A stretch of 64,000 nt of DNA from the human T2T-CHM13v2.0 reference genome, Homo sapiens, in assembly GCF_009914755.1 (NCBI RefSeq), contig NC_060935.1; one strand, 5' to 3'. A program made the translations under genes and the position numbers. The first letter of the stretch is position 1, and the number at the start of each line of letters is the position of its first letter. Positions 14,275 to 27,854 of this stretch are shown piece after piece. Below the pieces are notes generated by a model, which saw only the letters and a program-made list of their open reading frames with translations, was not told the DNA's origin and made no database searches.

Positions 14275-14560
14275 ACAGCGGAAGTAGGATGGCCTTGGAG
14301 CAAGAGCACCGCATGCAAATTCTAGAATTGCCACTTACTCAATATATATTCTTAACCAAATCACTTAACCCCTTTTACTCTTAGTTTCCTCATCCGAAAA
14401 ATGATTCCTCATCTGAAAAATGGGATGATTACATAATAAACTGATTCTTAAGAGGACTATTATTAATTTATTAATATTATTAAATACTAATTAAAAAATG
14501 CCAAATATTATTCTTGGTTCACAGTAAGGACCCAATAACTAGAGATTGATATTATTTTTA
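14275..14560 (+). mobile_element. MIR with internal 19-bp tandem duplication
   Basis: TTAGTTTCCTCATCCGAAAAATG core present twice in tandem. Confidence 0.65.
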
Positions 14561-14639
14561 CTATTAAACCTCAAGTATCAGTAAAACCTAGACTGAAGGA
14601 AGAAGCCTCAATCTCTTGCTTTAAATTGGAGTTGAACAT

Positions 14640-14780
14640 TTCTTTTTTCTCTTCTTTCTCCCTCCCTCTCTTCCTTTATTCCTTCTTTCCTTCCTTCCCT
14701 CCCTCTTTCCTTCCTTCCTTTCCTCCCTCCCTTCCTTTCCTTCCCTCATTACTTCATTTTATCCTTTCTCCCTCTCTCTA
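14640..14780. repeat. CT-rich (CCTT)n-like tract
   Basis: Polypyrimidine run. Confidence 0.9.
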
Positions 14781-15086
14781 TGCCAAGTTTTAAAGAAAAG
14801 AGTAGACTCTGATTGTTTTGACGATTGTAGCGTTACCAAAAATAATGTGCTAAATTAAATATTATGAAGAATGAACTGAAGCAGAAAAAGACTACAGACA
14901 ATGAGACTCATTAAGAGTCTATAATTATCACCATTATCAGTGGAATTTCCTAATATGGTTGATGACTCTTTTATCTAACTGGTCTTCACAGCTAGATGCC
15001 TTAGTGTCATGAGTCATCATAAACTTAATCCCTTTTTCTACTCCAACCATCTAGGTATTTATTGAGTCCTGACCATTTAACTTCTT

Positions 15087-15381
15087 TTTTTTCTTATTTT
15101 GAGACAGACTCTCACTCACCGAAGTTGGAATACTGTGGCGTGACCATAGTTCACTGCAGCCTCAACATCCCAGGATCAAGCTATCCTCCCACCTCAACCT
15201 CCTGAGTAGTTGGGACCACAGGTGTGTGCACTGCCACACCTGGCTAATTTTATTATCTTTTGTAGAGATGGAGTCTCACTATGTTGCCCAGGCTGATCTC
15301 AAATTCCCGGACTCAAGTGATGCTACCACCTCAGCCCCTTCAAAGCTCTGAGATTATAGGAGTGAGCCACTGTGCTTAGCC
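15087..15381 (-). mobile_element. AluJ inserted in an L2 relic (~15000-15940)
   Basis: J-type GCAGCCTCAACATCCCAGGATCAAGC; TSD TTTAACTTCTT (15076-15086, 15384-15394). Confidence 0.9.
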
Positions 15382-16024
15382 CCTTTAACTTCTTAAATGT
15401 CTCTGAAGTCTCTCCCGTTATCTCCATCCCATTGACCTTGTGCACCCCTTGCATGAAGTCCTGTAAGAGCTTCCTAAGTATCTCCTGCTGCTTGTCTCAA
15501 CTCCTCTCATCCAGTTTGTACACTGTAGTCAAAGTGATTTTTAGGAAGGAAAAACATAACCAGGGCCATTCTCTGTTAACTTGTTGACTCCTATTGCCTT
15601 CAGAATTAAGGACAAATTGTAACCTGGCATAGAAATCCCTTTGTGACGGACCTTGTATGTCTCCACAGTTTGGTCTAATATCTTGCCATGCACTGCTTAT
15701 GCTCACAGTTGCTGTCCTCACATTCCTGCTCTTCACCTTACATTCTGTGTTCATGCCAACATTGGCATGTCTCCCTGATTAGAATATGCCTTCTTCCCTC
15801 AGTGCTTCATTATTACTTTTTGGTGAAGGCCTGTCTCCTTTGTGACTGCTCTCTTATGTAGAGATAGGGAGGACTTCCTCTGTGTTCCCTCAGAATCTTA
15901 CATATCACTTCATCATGACATTAATTGTGCTGTATCTCAGTACACGCACGTATTAGTTCAAAGGGCAGAAATAGAGACCGAATAGCTGTGTAACCTTCAT
16001 TTGTCTCTTAAATTAGATAATACT

Positions 16025-16307
16025 TAAGTAAAACAATTCAGAAACAGAAAGTCAAATACTGCATGTTCACACTTATAAGCAGAAGATAAATAGTTTGTAT
16101 GCATGGACATAAAGTGTGGAATAATAGACCCTGGAAACTTAGAAGGGTGGGAGGGGAATGAGGTATGAAAAGTTACTCAACAGATACAATGTACACTATT
16201 TGGAAGACGGTTACACTAAAAGCCCAGACATCACCAGTACTCCATACATCCATGTAGCGAAATTGCACTTGTACTCCCTTAAATTTATATAAATTTTAAA
16301 AATATTG
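16025..16307 (+). mobile_element. 5'-truncated L1MA 3' end inserted in a MIR
   Basis: L1MA 3'UTR (GGTTACACTAAAAGCCCAGAC...); flanking direct repeat AGATAATACT (16015-16024, 16308-16317). Confidence 0.8.
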
Positions 16308-18092
16308 AGATAATACTGTCTATTTCCTAGGGTTATTGTGAGGACTAGAGTAAATACACAGTAAATGCTTAAAATGACTGATGATGGTTTAAAAAAAAAG
16401 TTTAGTAATATGGCCTCTAGTTCCTTTAATTCCAGTATAGGTATGACCTACTGTTGGTGTCCAAGATTTTCATCCCAACTGATAAATCATTCTTCACCAG
16501 CCCTCACTTAAGTCTAAATGAGATCAAGGATCAGCTTCAATGACTCCTCTCTTCCAAGAGGTCCCTAATCACAGCAGGAAGATCTCTGTCCCTCCTCTAG
16601 CATCAGAAGCAGTTTGTCCCTGTTGCTCTCTCTCTCCTATATTTTGATCCCTAAATTGAAGTCATACCATACAAGTTTCATTTCATCACAAAAACGTGTG
16701 TTCCCAAGGGTCCATCCTGGACTGGTCGTCTGTGCCTAACTCCTTTCCTCAACATCCAGAGCAAGGCCCAAGCATAGACTCGGGGCTCTGGCTTCCCTCT
16801 TTTCTGGTTTCCTTTGAATATTGGCAATATAGAGGGCCATGAACACTGAGAAGTCACAGTGGCTCCGATATATAAAACTGCCTTGGCATGAGGATCCAGG
16901 GTTTCATTTCTCTGCTTTGGGATAGAGATAATGGGAGTCACTGATTCCAAAACCATTCACTGTTGTGGTCTGGGAACTGAGGATGTCACGAATACCTGAA
17001 GAAGAAAGTGTTTCAGAAAGCAGCAGAGGAAAAAAAAAAAGTTTGAAATCAGCATGGCCTGAATTCCCATTGGCAACAGCAGAAAAGAAACTTGCCCCAG
17101 AGGCAGAGGGTCCAAGAAAAGCTGACAAGACTGGTAATTGGTAGAGCCGTGCTTCTTCCCTTTATTTGGATCTTGAAAGATGGGTTGGGTTCTGGCAGGC
17201 AGAAATGTCCCCTTGCAACTCCATTTTGATGTAGCACCTATTTACTTTTCCTGCCTCTATTTCTGTCTCTTTGACTCCATTCTTATTGCATAGTTCTCCA
17301 GAGCAATGAGCTGGGGAGTGAAGGACCCTTAAAGACATGGTTTGGATGATGCTTTGCACTTAGCAAACTATTATTCAACCTTCATCATCGTGGCATCTTT
17401 ATGTTTCCTGATCTGCCCTCCAAATGCTCAGCAAATGAGTAACCAATGCGTTCATGCTTTAATGATTTTTAAAACTCTTTAAAGATTTTGCAAGTGGTAA
17501 CTTTTTAAACTAACAACTAATATTACAATCGTAAGTATTTTCCCCCTCTGAAAACTGAGCTGAAATAGATAGGAAGGTAAATGGGAAAGTTGCTAAATCA
17601 TTCAGGTTTTATTAAGCAGTCAGCATCCTAATCCCGAGGATTATTCATGTATTTAGCAACATCCTCTGTGCGTGAGACTGTGTATGAACATTTAGATAAA
17701 TGTAGAAGGAAGTGAATACATGTGCATCAACAAGGTAGGCCTTGACTTCTTATAAGTTCTGCAGTGTTTAAATAATCCTTTATGTAAGAAGACAGGAATG
17801 TAAGAATGAAAAATTGCTTTAACCTCTAAAATAAGCACTTACTAGAAAGAATGTGCTTCTTCCTCTCCAAATTTTAAAACTTGGCCATGGCCACATTCTG
17901 AAATATCTGCTTTTGAAATGATATAACGTAGCTGAAAGTAAATTATAATTTGCTATCTTAATAAGGTAAGGTTACACCAGATTTTCTCCCTCCACTTTTT
18001 TTTTCCTTGTTTTTTCCTTCCTTTTCATTTTCTTTCCTTCCATCTCTCCCTGGCTCTTTCCCTCTTTATCTAAAAAATTTAATTTTGAGCAC

Positions 18093-18490
18093 TATATTAG
18101 TTTAGGGCTGCTATAACAAAATACCACTGACTGAATGGCTTAAATAGCAGAAACTTATTTTCTTACAGTTTTGAAGGCTAGAAGTTCAAGATGGAGGTGC
18201 TGGCAGGTTTGGTTGCTTTTGAGACCTCTCTGTTTTAGAGAAAGAGTGGGCGGATGGCTGCTGTCACGCTGCATCCTCACACGGTCTTTCTTTCTTTGAG
18301 CATGCATCCCTGGCATCTTTGGATGCCCTAATCTCCTCTTTTTATAAGGATACTAGTTTTACTGGATTAGGGCTCACCTTGAAGCCTCATTTTAACTTAA
18401 TCTTCTCCCCAAATACAGTCAGGTTCTAACATACTAGGGGTTACAGCTTCAACATATGAATTCTGGAAGGACACAATTCCGTGCATAACA
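18093..18490 (-). mobile_element. MaLR solo LTR, MLT1B-like
   Basis: TATTAGTTTAGGGCTGCTATAACAAAATACCA...GGACACAATTCCGTGCATAACA. Confidence 0.85.
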
Positions 18491-18765
18491 AACACCTAGA
18501 CAACGTCCACAATTTAAAAGGTCATATACTTTTCTTTCTTGTTGCTTCTCTGTTTTTCTTCTCTTGCCAATTTTCCAGGAGTTTCTTCCTCTCAGAATCT
18601 TTTGATCATTTAAGATATTCCAAAGTAACTTTTTAGTCTTTCTTCTCTGCCTTATACACAAACTACAGATTTATCACACTTGTTTTTATTACCTAGTGCC
18701 TGGGGATATTTACTCTAAATAGGTTTGAATGAACGATTTCTAATAACCGCAACCATAATTTGACC

Positions 18766-18870
18766 TATTACCATCACCAGTACTATTGCTATACTGCCAC
18801 TACTATAACTATTACTACCACCCCCGCTTCTGCTTCTCCTTCTCCCCTCTCTCCTCCTATAATGATAATA
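18766..18870. repeat. Degenerate (TAC/CAT)n trinucleotide repeat
   Basis: TATTACCATCACCAGTACTATTGCTATACTGCCACTACTAT... Confidence 0.7.
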
Positions 18871-19492
18871 TATCCTAGAGATGTCAGACTCATACATGTA
18901 AAACATCTAGTATTATCTGGATATGGTAGCCAAAATTGCTAGTGCATTTCCTGTAAAATGAGTGAAATAAACAAAAATCTGGAGACAATTATCTCCCTCT
19001 CTTTTCTTATTCCTCTTTTGGTTTGGACTTCTTTGGCTTAAGAAAAAGGTTATTTATTATACTTTGGTTTCTAGGCCCGTGGGAGGCTTTGTCCAGTCCA
19101 GAGATGCTAAGCTATTTTCAAGAGCCCTGCCCCTTTTCCTTCTCCAGACCTCTCCAGGACAATTACTAGCTGCATTCAGAAGAACAGGGGCACATTCCAC
19201 TGGCTAGTGAGCTCAGGCACTTGTGACCCTGGTGGCCTTGATTGACTTGGCAAGGAGTTAGCCGCCCCACCAGCAGCCTCCACCACAAACCTCAGTGCTG
19301 CTGCTGCCTCCATTCTCCTTTTTCATTAACTGTCTCCTTACTGGTGGAACCTGGGCTGAGTCAGAATTTTTGTGTTTTAATGGATCTATCTGGATTGGAA
19401 GGAGATGATGCTTTCCAAGGAATCAAAACTGATTCTGTTCCTTAAGGAGCTTTTTAACTAGGAAGTAGGAAAAAAAAAAGCCTCAACACTGT

Positions 19493-19770
19493 TCTCCCTC
19501 CCTCCTTCCCTCCCATTCTCTCCCTTTCTTCCTCCCTCCCTCCTGCCTTTCCTTCCTTCCCTCCTCCCTTTCTTCCTCTCTCTCTTCCTCCTTTTCTTCC
19601 TTCCTTCCTCCTTTCCTTCCTTCCACCTGTCTTGTTTTTCCTTCCTTCTCTTTTTCTTTTCCACTTTCTCTCTCTACCTTTGTTTTTTCTCCCTCCTTCC
19701 TTTTTTATTTTTCCTACTTGTTCTTCATCTCCACTTTCCTGCTATTTCTTTGTCTTTTTGTTCTTCCTTC
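19493..19770. repeat. CT-rich (CCTT/CCCT)n tract
   Basis: Long polypyrimidine run. Confidence 0.9.
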
Positions 19771-20415
19771 ATTATAATTGCTTAAAGCTTAAGTTAATGA
19801 AAATATTCTAAGATATGGATTAAATATTGCCTCACACTGAAACAAAGGGAGGCTTCTACACTTACGTTTATGTTTGTTATATATGCTATGCTTATTATTC
19901 ATGTATATTCATATATATATTATATATATATAATATATATATGCAGCTGAATCAATAGCAAGTGGAGTTCAGAATATCTTTCATGTTTATCCTAATCGGT
20001 TAGCATATATTTTTTTCTCTTTAATTATGCTACTTTTTAATTGATTATCTGTTCACTTAAGCTACCTGAGGACAGAGCTCATATTTCCTCAACTGACCTT
20101 TTAATATTATATATTGAATTAATGGAGTTCCTACTACAGAACCACCCTTGCCTTCTAGGAGGCTGTAGCATCAGTGTATACTAAACTGGGGAACTGCCTT
20201 TGCTTTTATTTTACTTGTGTTTTTTTTTTTCTTTTGCATAAATATGCAAGAGAAAGATCGGTCTAAAGCTTTCTGCATTTGATTTGTTTTGTTAACAGGG
20301 CAGTGCTTCTGAAACTATTTTTCTCCCCTATGGAACATTTTTCAAATTACAGAATGACTTGTCTTTAAAAATTTGAATGAATTCATCTGTCTCTGGCATT
20401 TTTCAGAGCTACAAT

Positions 20416-20623
20416 TAGTGATAGGCCGGTAAATGTTTAATAACTGGCTGTCAGCAGGAGTGGGGAATCCCTGATTTGTTGCATGTACTGACTTCTACAG
20501 TGTAAAGATTTCCACCTTGGCTGATACCAGGCTTACTAAGAGGATGCCATGGAACTTAGAGGTGGAAAGAGATGTGCACGATCTGCTTAACAAACCAACG
20601 CCAACCAGATCTAGCACACAGAT
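20416..20623. mobile_element. hAT MITE, MER63A-like
   Basis: GGTAAATGTTTAATAACTGGCT...CCCTGATTTG...AAGAGATGTGCAC...CTAGCACAC matches the recalled MER63A layout. Confidence 0.7.
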
Positions 20624-21636
20624 GGTTATAGATCTTTGACAACCTCTCAATTTTGTCAATTGCTTAGGTTTTCTATCTCCTATGGTGTCTATTTTAGTAT
20701 TCATTAGAATACTATTTTCTTAGAAAAGTATTCATTCATCTAGATGTTCAAATATGTTAGTCCTGTGAAGTTCTTTTAAAAAATAATACTTTTATTTCCC
20801 CAGTATCTTCGATACCCACTCTCCCTGCCCTTTCCATTTCAAATGGTGTATGTTTGCATTTTCTCCCTTTATATGTATCAGGTTAACTAGAGCTTCTGGA
20901 ATTTTTAATGATTTCCTTGCTTCTCTTGTCAATTTTATATTCGAGATTTACTTGTCAATGCTATTGTCTCTCTGTTTTTTAATATATTTTCTCTGCCTAT
21001 CTTTTTTTATTTTCTAATGTATACAAATTTATCTTTATAAAGTAACAAGGGTAAATAATATATAATAGGTAAATGGAATGCATTATTATTATGTAAATAC
21101 ATTTACCCAATAAAATATTATTTACTATATACTGGTTTTAGATATCCCAGCAATCTTATTAAAAATTTGAACCCAGCTCATTAACTATGGAAAATACTCT
21201 ATGCTTTTTATAATACAATCGAAACCTGCTAAGTGTCTGTGTTTCTGCAATCCTGCAGGGGTTGTTGAAAGACATTATTTATATATTTCCTTTGTTTCAT
21301 CCATGCCAGTGGCTATTCCTTCTACTCACACCTGCTTGTGTCCACACTGAGTCTCCTGTGATTTCAAACTCCCTTGTTCCTAACCAATAAACTCATTGAA
21401 AACAGATTCCCTCTAATAATTCTTCTGTCTCATTTTGGGGTACCTCCAAGTCACCTCCTGGGTAACTCCAAGTACCGTAATTTCTTTATGGTCATGGCCT
21501 GAGCTGCCTGTGAAGGCTTGTATTAAGTCTCAGCCAATGAGTTACCTTTCCTTTTCTTCTATGACGCAGAAACTCTATCTAAAATTTAGATTTGTTAAAG
21601 AGCCATACTTCCTGAAGATAGTTTGAATAATTGGAT

Positions 21637-22015
21637 TGATATGGTTTTGCTGTGTCCCCACCTAAATCTCATCTTGAATTGTAGTTTCTGTAATCCCTAC
21701 ATGCCATGAGAGGGACCTGGTGGGAGGTAATTGAATCATGGGGGCAGTTACCTCCATGCTGCTGTTCTCATGACAGTGAGTGAGTTCTCATGAGATCTGA
21801 TGGTTTTATAGGGTGCCTTTCCCCCTTTTTCTTGGCACTCCTCCTTGCTGCCACCATGTGAAGAAGGACGTGCTTGCTTCACCTTCTACCATGATTATAA
21901 GTTTCCTGAGGCCTCCCCAGCCATGCTGAACTGTGAGTCAACTAAATTTCTTTCCTTTATATATTACCCAGTCTCAGATGTGTCTTTATTAGCAGTGTAA
22001 GAACAGACTAATACG
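21637..22015 (+). mobile_element. THE1 (C/D-like) solo LTR
   Basis: TGATATGGTTTTGCTGTGTCCCCAC...ACAGACTAATAC; TSD TGGAT/TGGGT. Confidence 0.95.
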
Positions 22016-22959
22016 TGGGTCAATGTCTTTCAGAATATGTGGATAATGCAGAGATTTGCATTAAGCATTTGATATTTACTCAACTTGCTTTTTTGAGCCA
22101 TATGTATTAAGGACAACTTTAGATCAGCCCATAGAGGGCAGGTAGTTGACGTGGGCCATTGTTCAGAGTGGTATGAGTTTGGAGTCCATGTAAAAAGTGA
22201 TTATGACAGAGGATAAAGGAGAAATAAAGGCATTTTGGTTGAGTGCCTACTGACTTCAAAGTGGATGTTCAAAAAAGCAAAATATCTTTCCCAAAGCCAT
22301 ATAGCTAGGCAGTAAGAGAAAAAAGATTCAAAGTATGACTCCAGAATTTGTACATTTTTACCAGACTCTACTGCCCTTTTTTGAATAATACAGTCCTAGG
22401 TAATTTGCACTCTAATTCTTCTTGCCATGAAGCATCCATGTTGTGAGTTCTATGAACATCTTGGTTTGTTTAATACACAGAATTCTTAGGAATATCTTTG
22501 AACTAAATAAGTAGCACTCAGTGACTACCATTCATGACAGTGATAGTTGTTTTGTTCTGCTTTGCTTTATTATTATTATTATCAACATTTTAATAGATAT
22601 CATTTAGAAACTGTCCTACACAATCCTATGCTTTTAAATGCTTGCAGTCTCATTCACCATGAATGCATAGGTTAAGAGTCTTATTCAAGCCCTCCATCCC
22701 AAAGCATTTGATCTTATTCTACCAATGCTTCGCATGATAATTCTCTAACCTATCTCAAGACATGAATACATGCCCTGATTCTAACTTTTTATGTAATCAG
22801 AGCTGCCTTTTCTTGGATGACACACATCCTCAGCTGTATACTCAGCTGACCCCACAGCTCCCAGACGGAGCAACTGAAACCATCATGAAAGTTGCTGGAC
22901 AGAGCCTCAGGACTCCTTTTGCAGTTTCATGACATTTTATTTTTCCTCAGTGAGGTAAC

Positions 22960-23081
22960 AAATGAACAAATAAAAAAGCAAATGAACAAAGAAATAAAGA
23001 ATAAATGAAGAAAGGAAGGAAAATAAAAGAATGAAAGAAATGAAAAGAGAAAGAAGGAGGGAGGGAGGGAGGGAGGGAGGA
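22960..23081. repeat. GA-rich tract ending in (GGGA)n
   Basis: Purine run. Confidence 0.85.
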
Positions 23082-23839
23082 ACCTAACACACATATTTTG
23101 GGAGTTACCATCCAAAATCTCCTGGGGACTCTCTTTTACTTTTTGATAACTGCTGTTTCATAATTTTACTGCTATTACTTGTAGAGCTAAATTAAATAGA
23201 TACTGTCACATTTCTCCTGAATTTCAAAACAAAGTTAAGTATACAATCCCTACCTTCAGGGAACTTTCACATATTTTTTTTTACTTTGGAATGCTGCTCA
23301 GCTTTCAAAGCCTCAACCCTTAAACAAATTTTTTTTTTTTGATAATTGGATTAAGCTACCATCCTACTTCACCCAGAAACCATATTTATACTATAACATC
23401 CAGGCCTCTGCCATACTTGAGTAGACTAAGTGGTCACTTACAAAACAGGGGAAAGAGGGCAAAATTGCGTTTTATGTGTGGCTAGAAATGAAGCACATAA
23501 AACTGCATTGTGATACTTTCCCACAAAGTAGACTGCAAAGATAAGAGAAAGGTGAGTACAGAGAGAAAAAGGATAGTTAAAACATTCAGAGAAACCCAGA
23601 AGTATATCTCCTAAAGCTTTCCCATAAATGGGCTTAGACCCTTCCTGAGGTTCTCTTGCATCGTTGTCCTTGGGGTTCACTTTATCCTGCTTGTATTAGG
23701 CTAGATTGAGTAGCATCTTCTTTCTTGCAATTATTGCTGTATATACCCCACTACTGAGAGGCAGCATGGCATACTAGAATTATGACCAGCTATGCACCAA
23801 AATGCCTAGAATTGAATCCCAGCTCCAGCACTTAGTAGC

Positions 23840-24314
23840 TGGGTCGCTGAATAGTGCCCTCCAAATATATCCAGATCCTAACTACAGGAACATGTGAATG
23901 TTTCCTTACATGACAAAAATGTAAGGAAATGTAATTCGATGTTATTAAATTAAAAATTTCGAGGTAGGGAGTTTATTCTGGATTATCAAGGTGGCCTGAA
24001 ATATGATCATTATAAGAAGGAAATGGGGAGATTTGACACAGAAGAGAAAGTAGGAGATGTGCGATAGAAGCAAGAGGCTGGAGAGACGCAAAGAAGGAGC
24101 AAAGGCCTGCAGCAGCCCCCAGAGCTGGAAGAGGCAAGGAGACTAGCTCTCTGGTTGAGTCTCCAGAAGGAACCAGCCGTGCCAGCATCTTGACTTAAGC
24201 CCATGGAAACTGACTGCAGCCTTTTTGTGTCCAGAACTAAGATAATACATTTTCATTGTTTTAAGCCACTGAGTTTATGGTAATTCATTATAGCAGCAAT
24301 AGAAAACTAATACA
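23840..24314 (+). mobile_element. MaLR solo LTR, MLT1C/D-like, splitting a MIR (~23755-23839 and ~24320-24465)
   Basis: CCAGAGCTGGAAGAGGCAAGGA core; end GCAGCAATAGAAAACTAATACA; perfect TSD GTAGC (23835-23839, 24315-24319). Confidence 0.9.
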
Positions 24315-26886
24315 GTAGCTTTGTAACCTTGGGCAATTTTTCTAACTATTCTGTTTTAATTTTATCATCTGTAAGGTGGAAAAATGCATGCTTCATCAGA
24401 TGGCTGTGAGAGTCGATGATTTAGTCTGTTTTCTGCCATGTGGAAGGCACTAAATAAGCATTGGATTGTCCAATGCTTGTATACAACACAATTTTAGTCA
24501 CACCTTTAGTTAGTAGTTGAGTCAGGACTTCTACCCAAGGTTTTTGTGACTCCAAATCTACTACAAGAAAGTTATAAAACAAAAATTAAAACACAAAACA
24601 AAACAAAAAACCTATCAATGAATATATCAAATATGATTTGAGCCCACATTTCTCAGGCTTTCCTTTAAAAGTGATCATTGAAAGAGGAAAATTTTATTCT
24701 TTTGGTTACTCTACATGAGCAAAAATTCAATTTCTATTCTGCTAAAACAGATGTAGATATCTCTGAACTCTCTCATTTATGTTTTAGCTGCTAAATTTGT
24801 ACATTATTATTTTTAGCTCCCCTATTTTACTTTTTCAAATCCACTAACAGGTAATCTTTCTAAAAAGTTTTATTTTCCTCTAACTTATTCTGTAGAGATC
24901 AATTCAATTCAACAAACTTTTACAAAGCACCCATATGCTTACAGACAGCAACCCAATTATTCATGTATCCATTCATCTACCCATCTATTTGCCCACGAGC
25001 TATCAATTTAGCAGGCAAGTATCTGTGACTAGTCACTGATAGTAATATTTTTATATGCAGCAGGCCCCTAGTGCACATGACAAGTTGTAGTCTGCCATGG
25101 AGGGCTTGCAGTTGACTTTTGGAGGCATTTGCATGATCAGAACCTTCAAAGAAATGTGACAAGGACAGTAATTGAGGTTTGACCAGAGAGTGAAATAAAG
25201 TGGGGTGGAGGGGTGGCTATATCAGACAGAAAGCAGGGATTGTAAGAAAGAATTCACAGAGGAAATGTGGGGCTGAGGTTATGAGGTTTAGGGAGCATAA
25301 ACTGGAAAGAAAAAAGCCTTAAATAAAAGCTTTAGAAACGTTAAAAGGAAAATATGATATGGATAGATGATATGGATAGATTAGACATGGTATTTGATAA
25401 CATATAGTCAAAGAAAATGTCTTTTCTCCTCCCAGGCAAGAATATAGATTGTCATTTGATTGTCTGATGGAAATAATTTAGAAGAACATACTAGGATATG
25501 CTATTTATCAGAGCAGACAGCTTTTTGAGATCTGATGCATGCATTCTGACTTTTTTTTTCTCTTTCTTTTGTCTGAAACATTACTGACAGTTACTGCTAT
25601 AGTCCAGCACTCTCGAAGTTGACATATGCTGAGTGACAGATCTAAGATAAGAGTAAAATACATTTGAATGTGCTGATAAAAGAAAAATGGGAAAGGGATG
25701 AAATTACAGATATATAAAGGTGTATCTTTAAAGCTCTTAGGGGGACAAATTGCTAATCAGGAATTGAACTATATAGAGGCTTGATAAGTTCTAATGCAGA
25801 AACCCTTCTGGGAAGAAAACTCTTTCTAGTGTATAGTGGTTTAATAAGAAGTCAAATAAAATCCATTTGAAAGTGCTGGTTCCATTTGGTATGAAGGAGA
25901 ATTTTCAAGAGATTTTCAAACGTCTGAATGAACAGTAATAAACCCAACAGGGCCAAGGTGGGGTGTCCAGTTGGACAAGTGGCATAAAAGCTATCTTTGG
26001 AAACTCATCATCCACAATAGCACATTCTGTTCCCATTAATTTCTGACAAATGGAAGCTATCTGCAAGGAAATTACACTGACATGAATCAAGTCAATCATA
26101 GTGTGCATTTACCTGTAACCTAAAATTCTAATAGGTACTATCACTTTACAGTGATTGAAACACACTTACACACACATGTGAGCACACACACTCACACCCC
26201 ACACATGAATATTTATAAAGCATACGCAACTTCAATTCTTATTTTATCGTCAACTTCCCAAGTAATATTAATTTATTCTAATAAAATTAATTTATTCAAT
26301 TATTTAATTTTTTTAGAAGCCATAGTAACCACCACATATAGTACCTGTTGGGCCTAAATATTGTCCCATTCTCCAGAATTATTAGACTCTTAGTGTATAG
26401 GAATGATAACTTGCTAAGAATTTGTTTCTGCATTCCTGGCCTTAGCTGATTGATTCTGGGGTATATGCCTGACCTTAGCTAGGCCAGCAAGAGGGTCTCT
26501 ACTTGGAAGTGGGAGAATGGTAGCGGAAGACCCAGAGGAGAAGCTCATTCAAGCATTCATGTTGCTCAAAATGCCTGTTTCAGAATCCTGGAACCCCAAC
26601 CCTTTGATGGCTCACTCTGCAGAATAGTCTGCAAATTTAACAATTTGCTAGAAATGGAAACTACAGTTGCCCTTGCACTTCTAAAGGTAGCAACACATCC
26701 CCACTGAGTGCTAAAGGTAGCACTCAGACTGCTCCATAAAGATAATTAAAAAAAAAAAAAAAAAACTTTTGGTAGAAAGCTTACATCATTTTCCTTGCAT
26801 CAAAACTGCATTTCCACATCTTTTACCAGCTTCAGAATTTATCTGCCACATGTTCCATTCTTGAAGCCCTATAATAGAGTAAACAC

Positions 26887-27633
26887 TGTGGTATCATAAG
26901 AACTATATTTGGTCTTTCTTCTCAGGTCCTGGCACTGAGAGGTTAAAATCCTTGGAATTTCCTGATAGGAGTGTATTGTTGTTATTCATAAAGAGCCTCT
27001 TTTTAATCACTCCTGGGATTATGCTAATGAGGTGACTTAGGGTGGGGCACCTAAATAGTCTCAGGATGGGGGCTGGGCACTTAAAAGACTAAGGATATGA
27101 TTAGAAGGTAGGAAGTTTTAGCCCTGCACCCTTACTTCTGGGAGCAGAATGGGTCTGGAGATAGGGTTGTATAAACCCCTGACCAAAGATGTTTGGAGAG
27201 CATTCAGGTTGGTGAACACATAGAGTACTGGGAGGGTGGTGCACCCAGGGAGGGCATGGAAATTGTGCAGCCCCTCACACCCATAGCTCACCCCATGCAT
27301 CCCTTTCATTTGGCTACTGCTGAGTTGTATCCTTTATCATAAACCAGTACTTGTAAGTAAAGTGTTACACTAAGTTATGTGAGCCCTCTAGCAAATATGG
27401 AAACTGAAGAGGGGTTTGTGGAAACTTCTGATTTATATCTGGCTGGTCAGCAATACAGGTGGCCTGGGACTTGTGACTAGTGTCCAAAGTGGGGACAGGC
27501 TTGTGGAATGGAGCTGTTTAATTTGTGGAATTGGTTACTTCAGGGAGACAGTCTCAGAATTGAATTGAATATTGAACACCTAGTTGGTGTTTGAGAATTG
27601 GAGAGTTGAGTGGTATCAGCGAAAACAGCCCAG
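26887..27633 (+). mobile_element. MER21-family solo LTR
   Basis: TATATTTGGTCTTT...CCTTGGAATTTCCTGATAGGAGTG...TATGCTAATGAGGTGACT...CAGGATGGGGGCTGG; flanked on both sides by AAACAC. Confidence 0.8.
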
Positions 27634-27854
27634 AAACACTGATACAAGGTAAAGAGTTGATCGATTTGGATTGTGGTAAAGCTAATGTTTTTTTCTGGTG
27701 ATAAAAATTCTTGAAAATTTGCTAAATACCTTTCATTGCTTGTGTAGGTTTGGTCCTCATAACTAGCTATCTCTGAGGTATAATATCCTCATTACACCAT
27801 TGAGGATACTGAGTCTCAAAAAGTAAGAAGTATAGAAGTGAGGCAGCATAGGTT

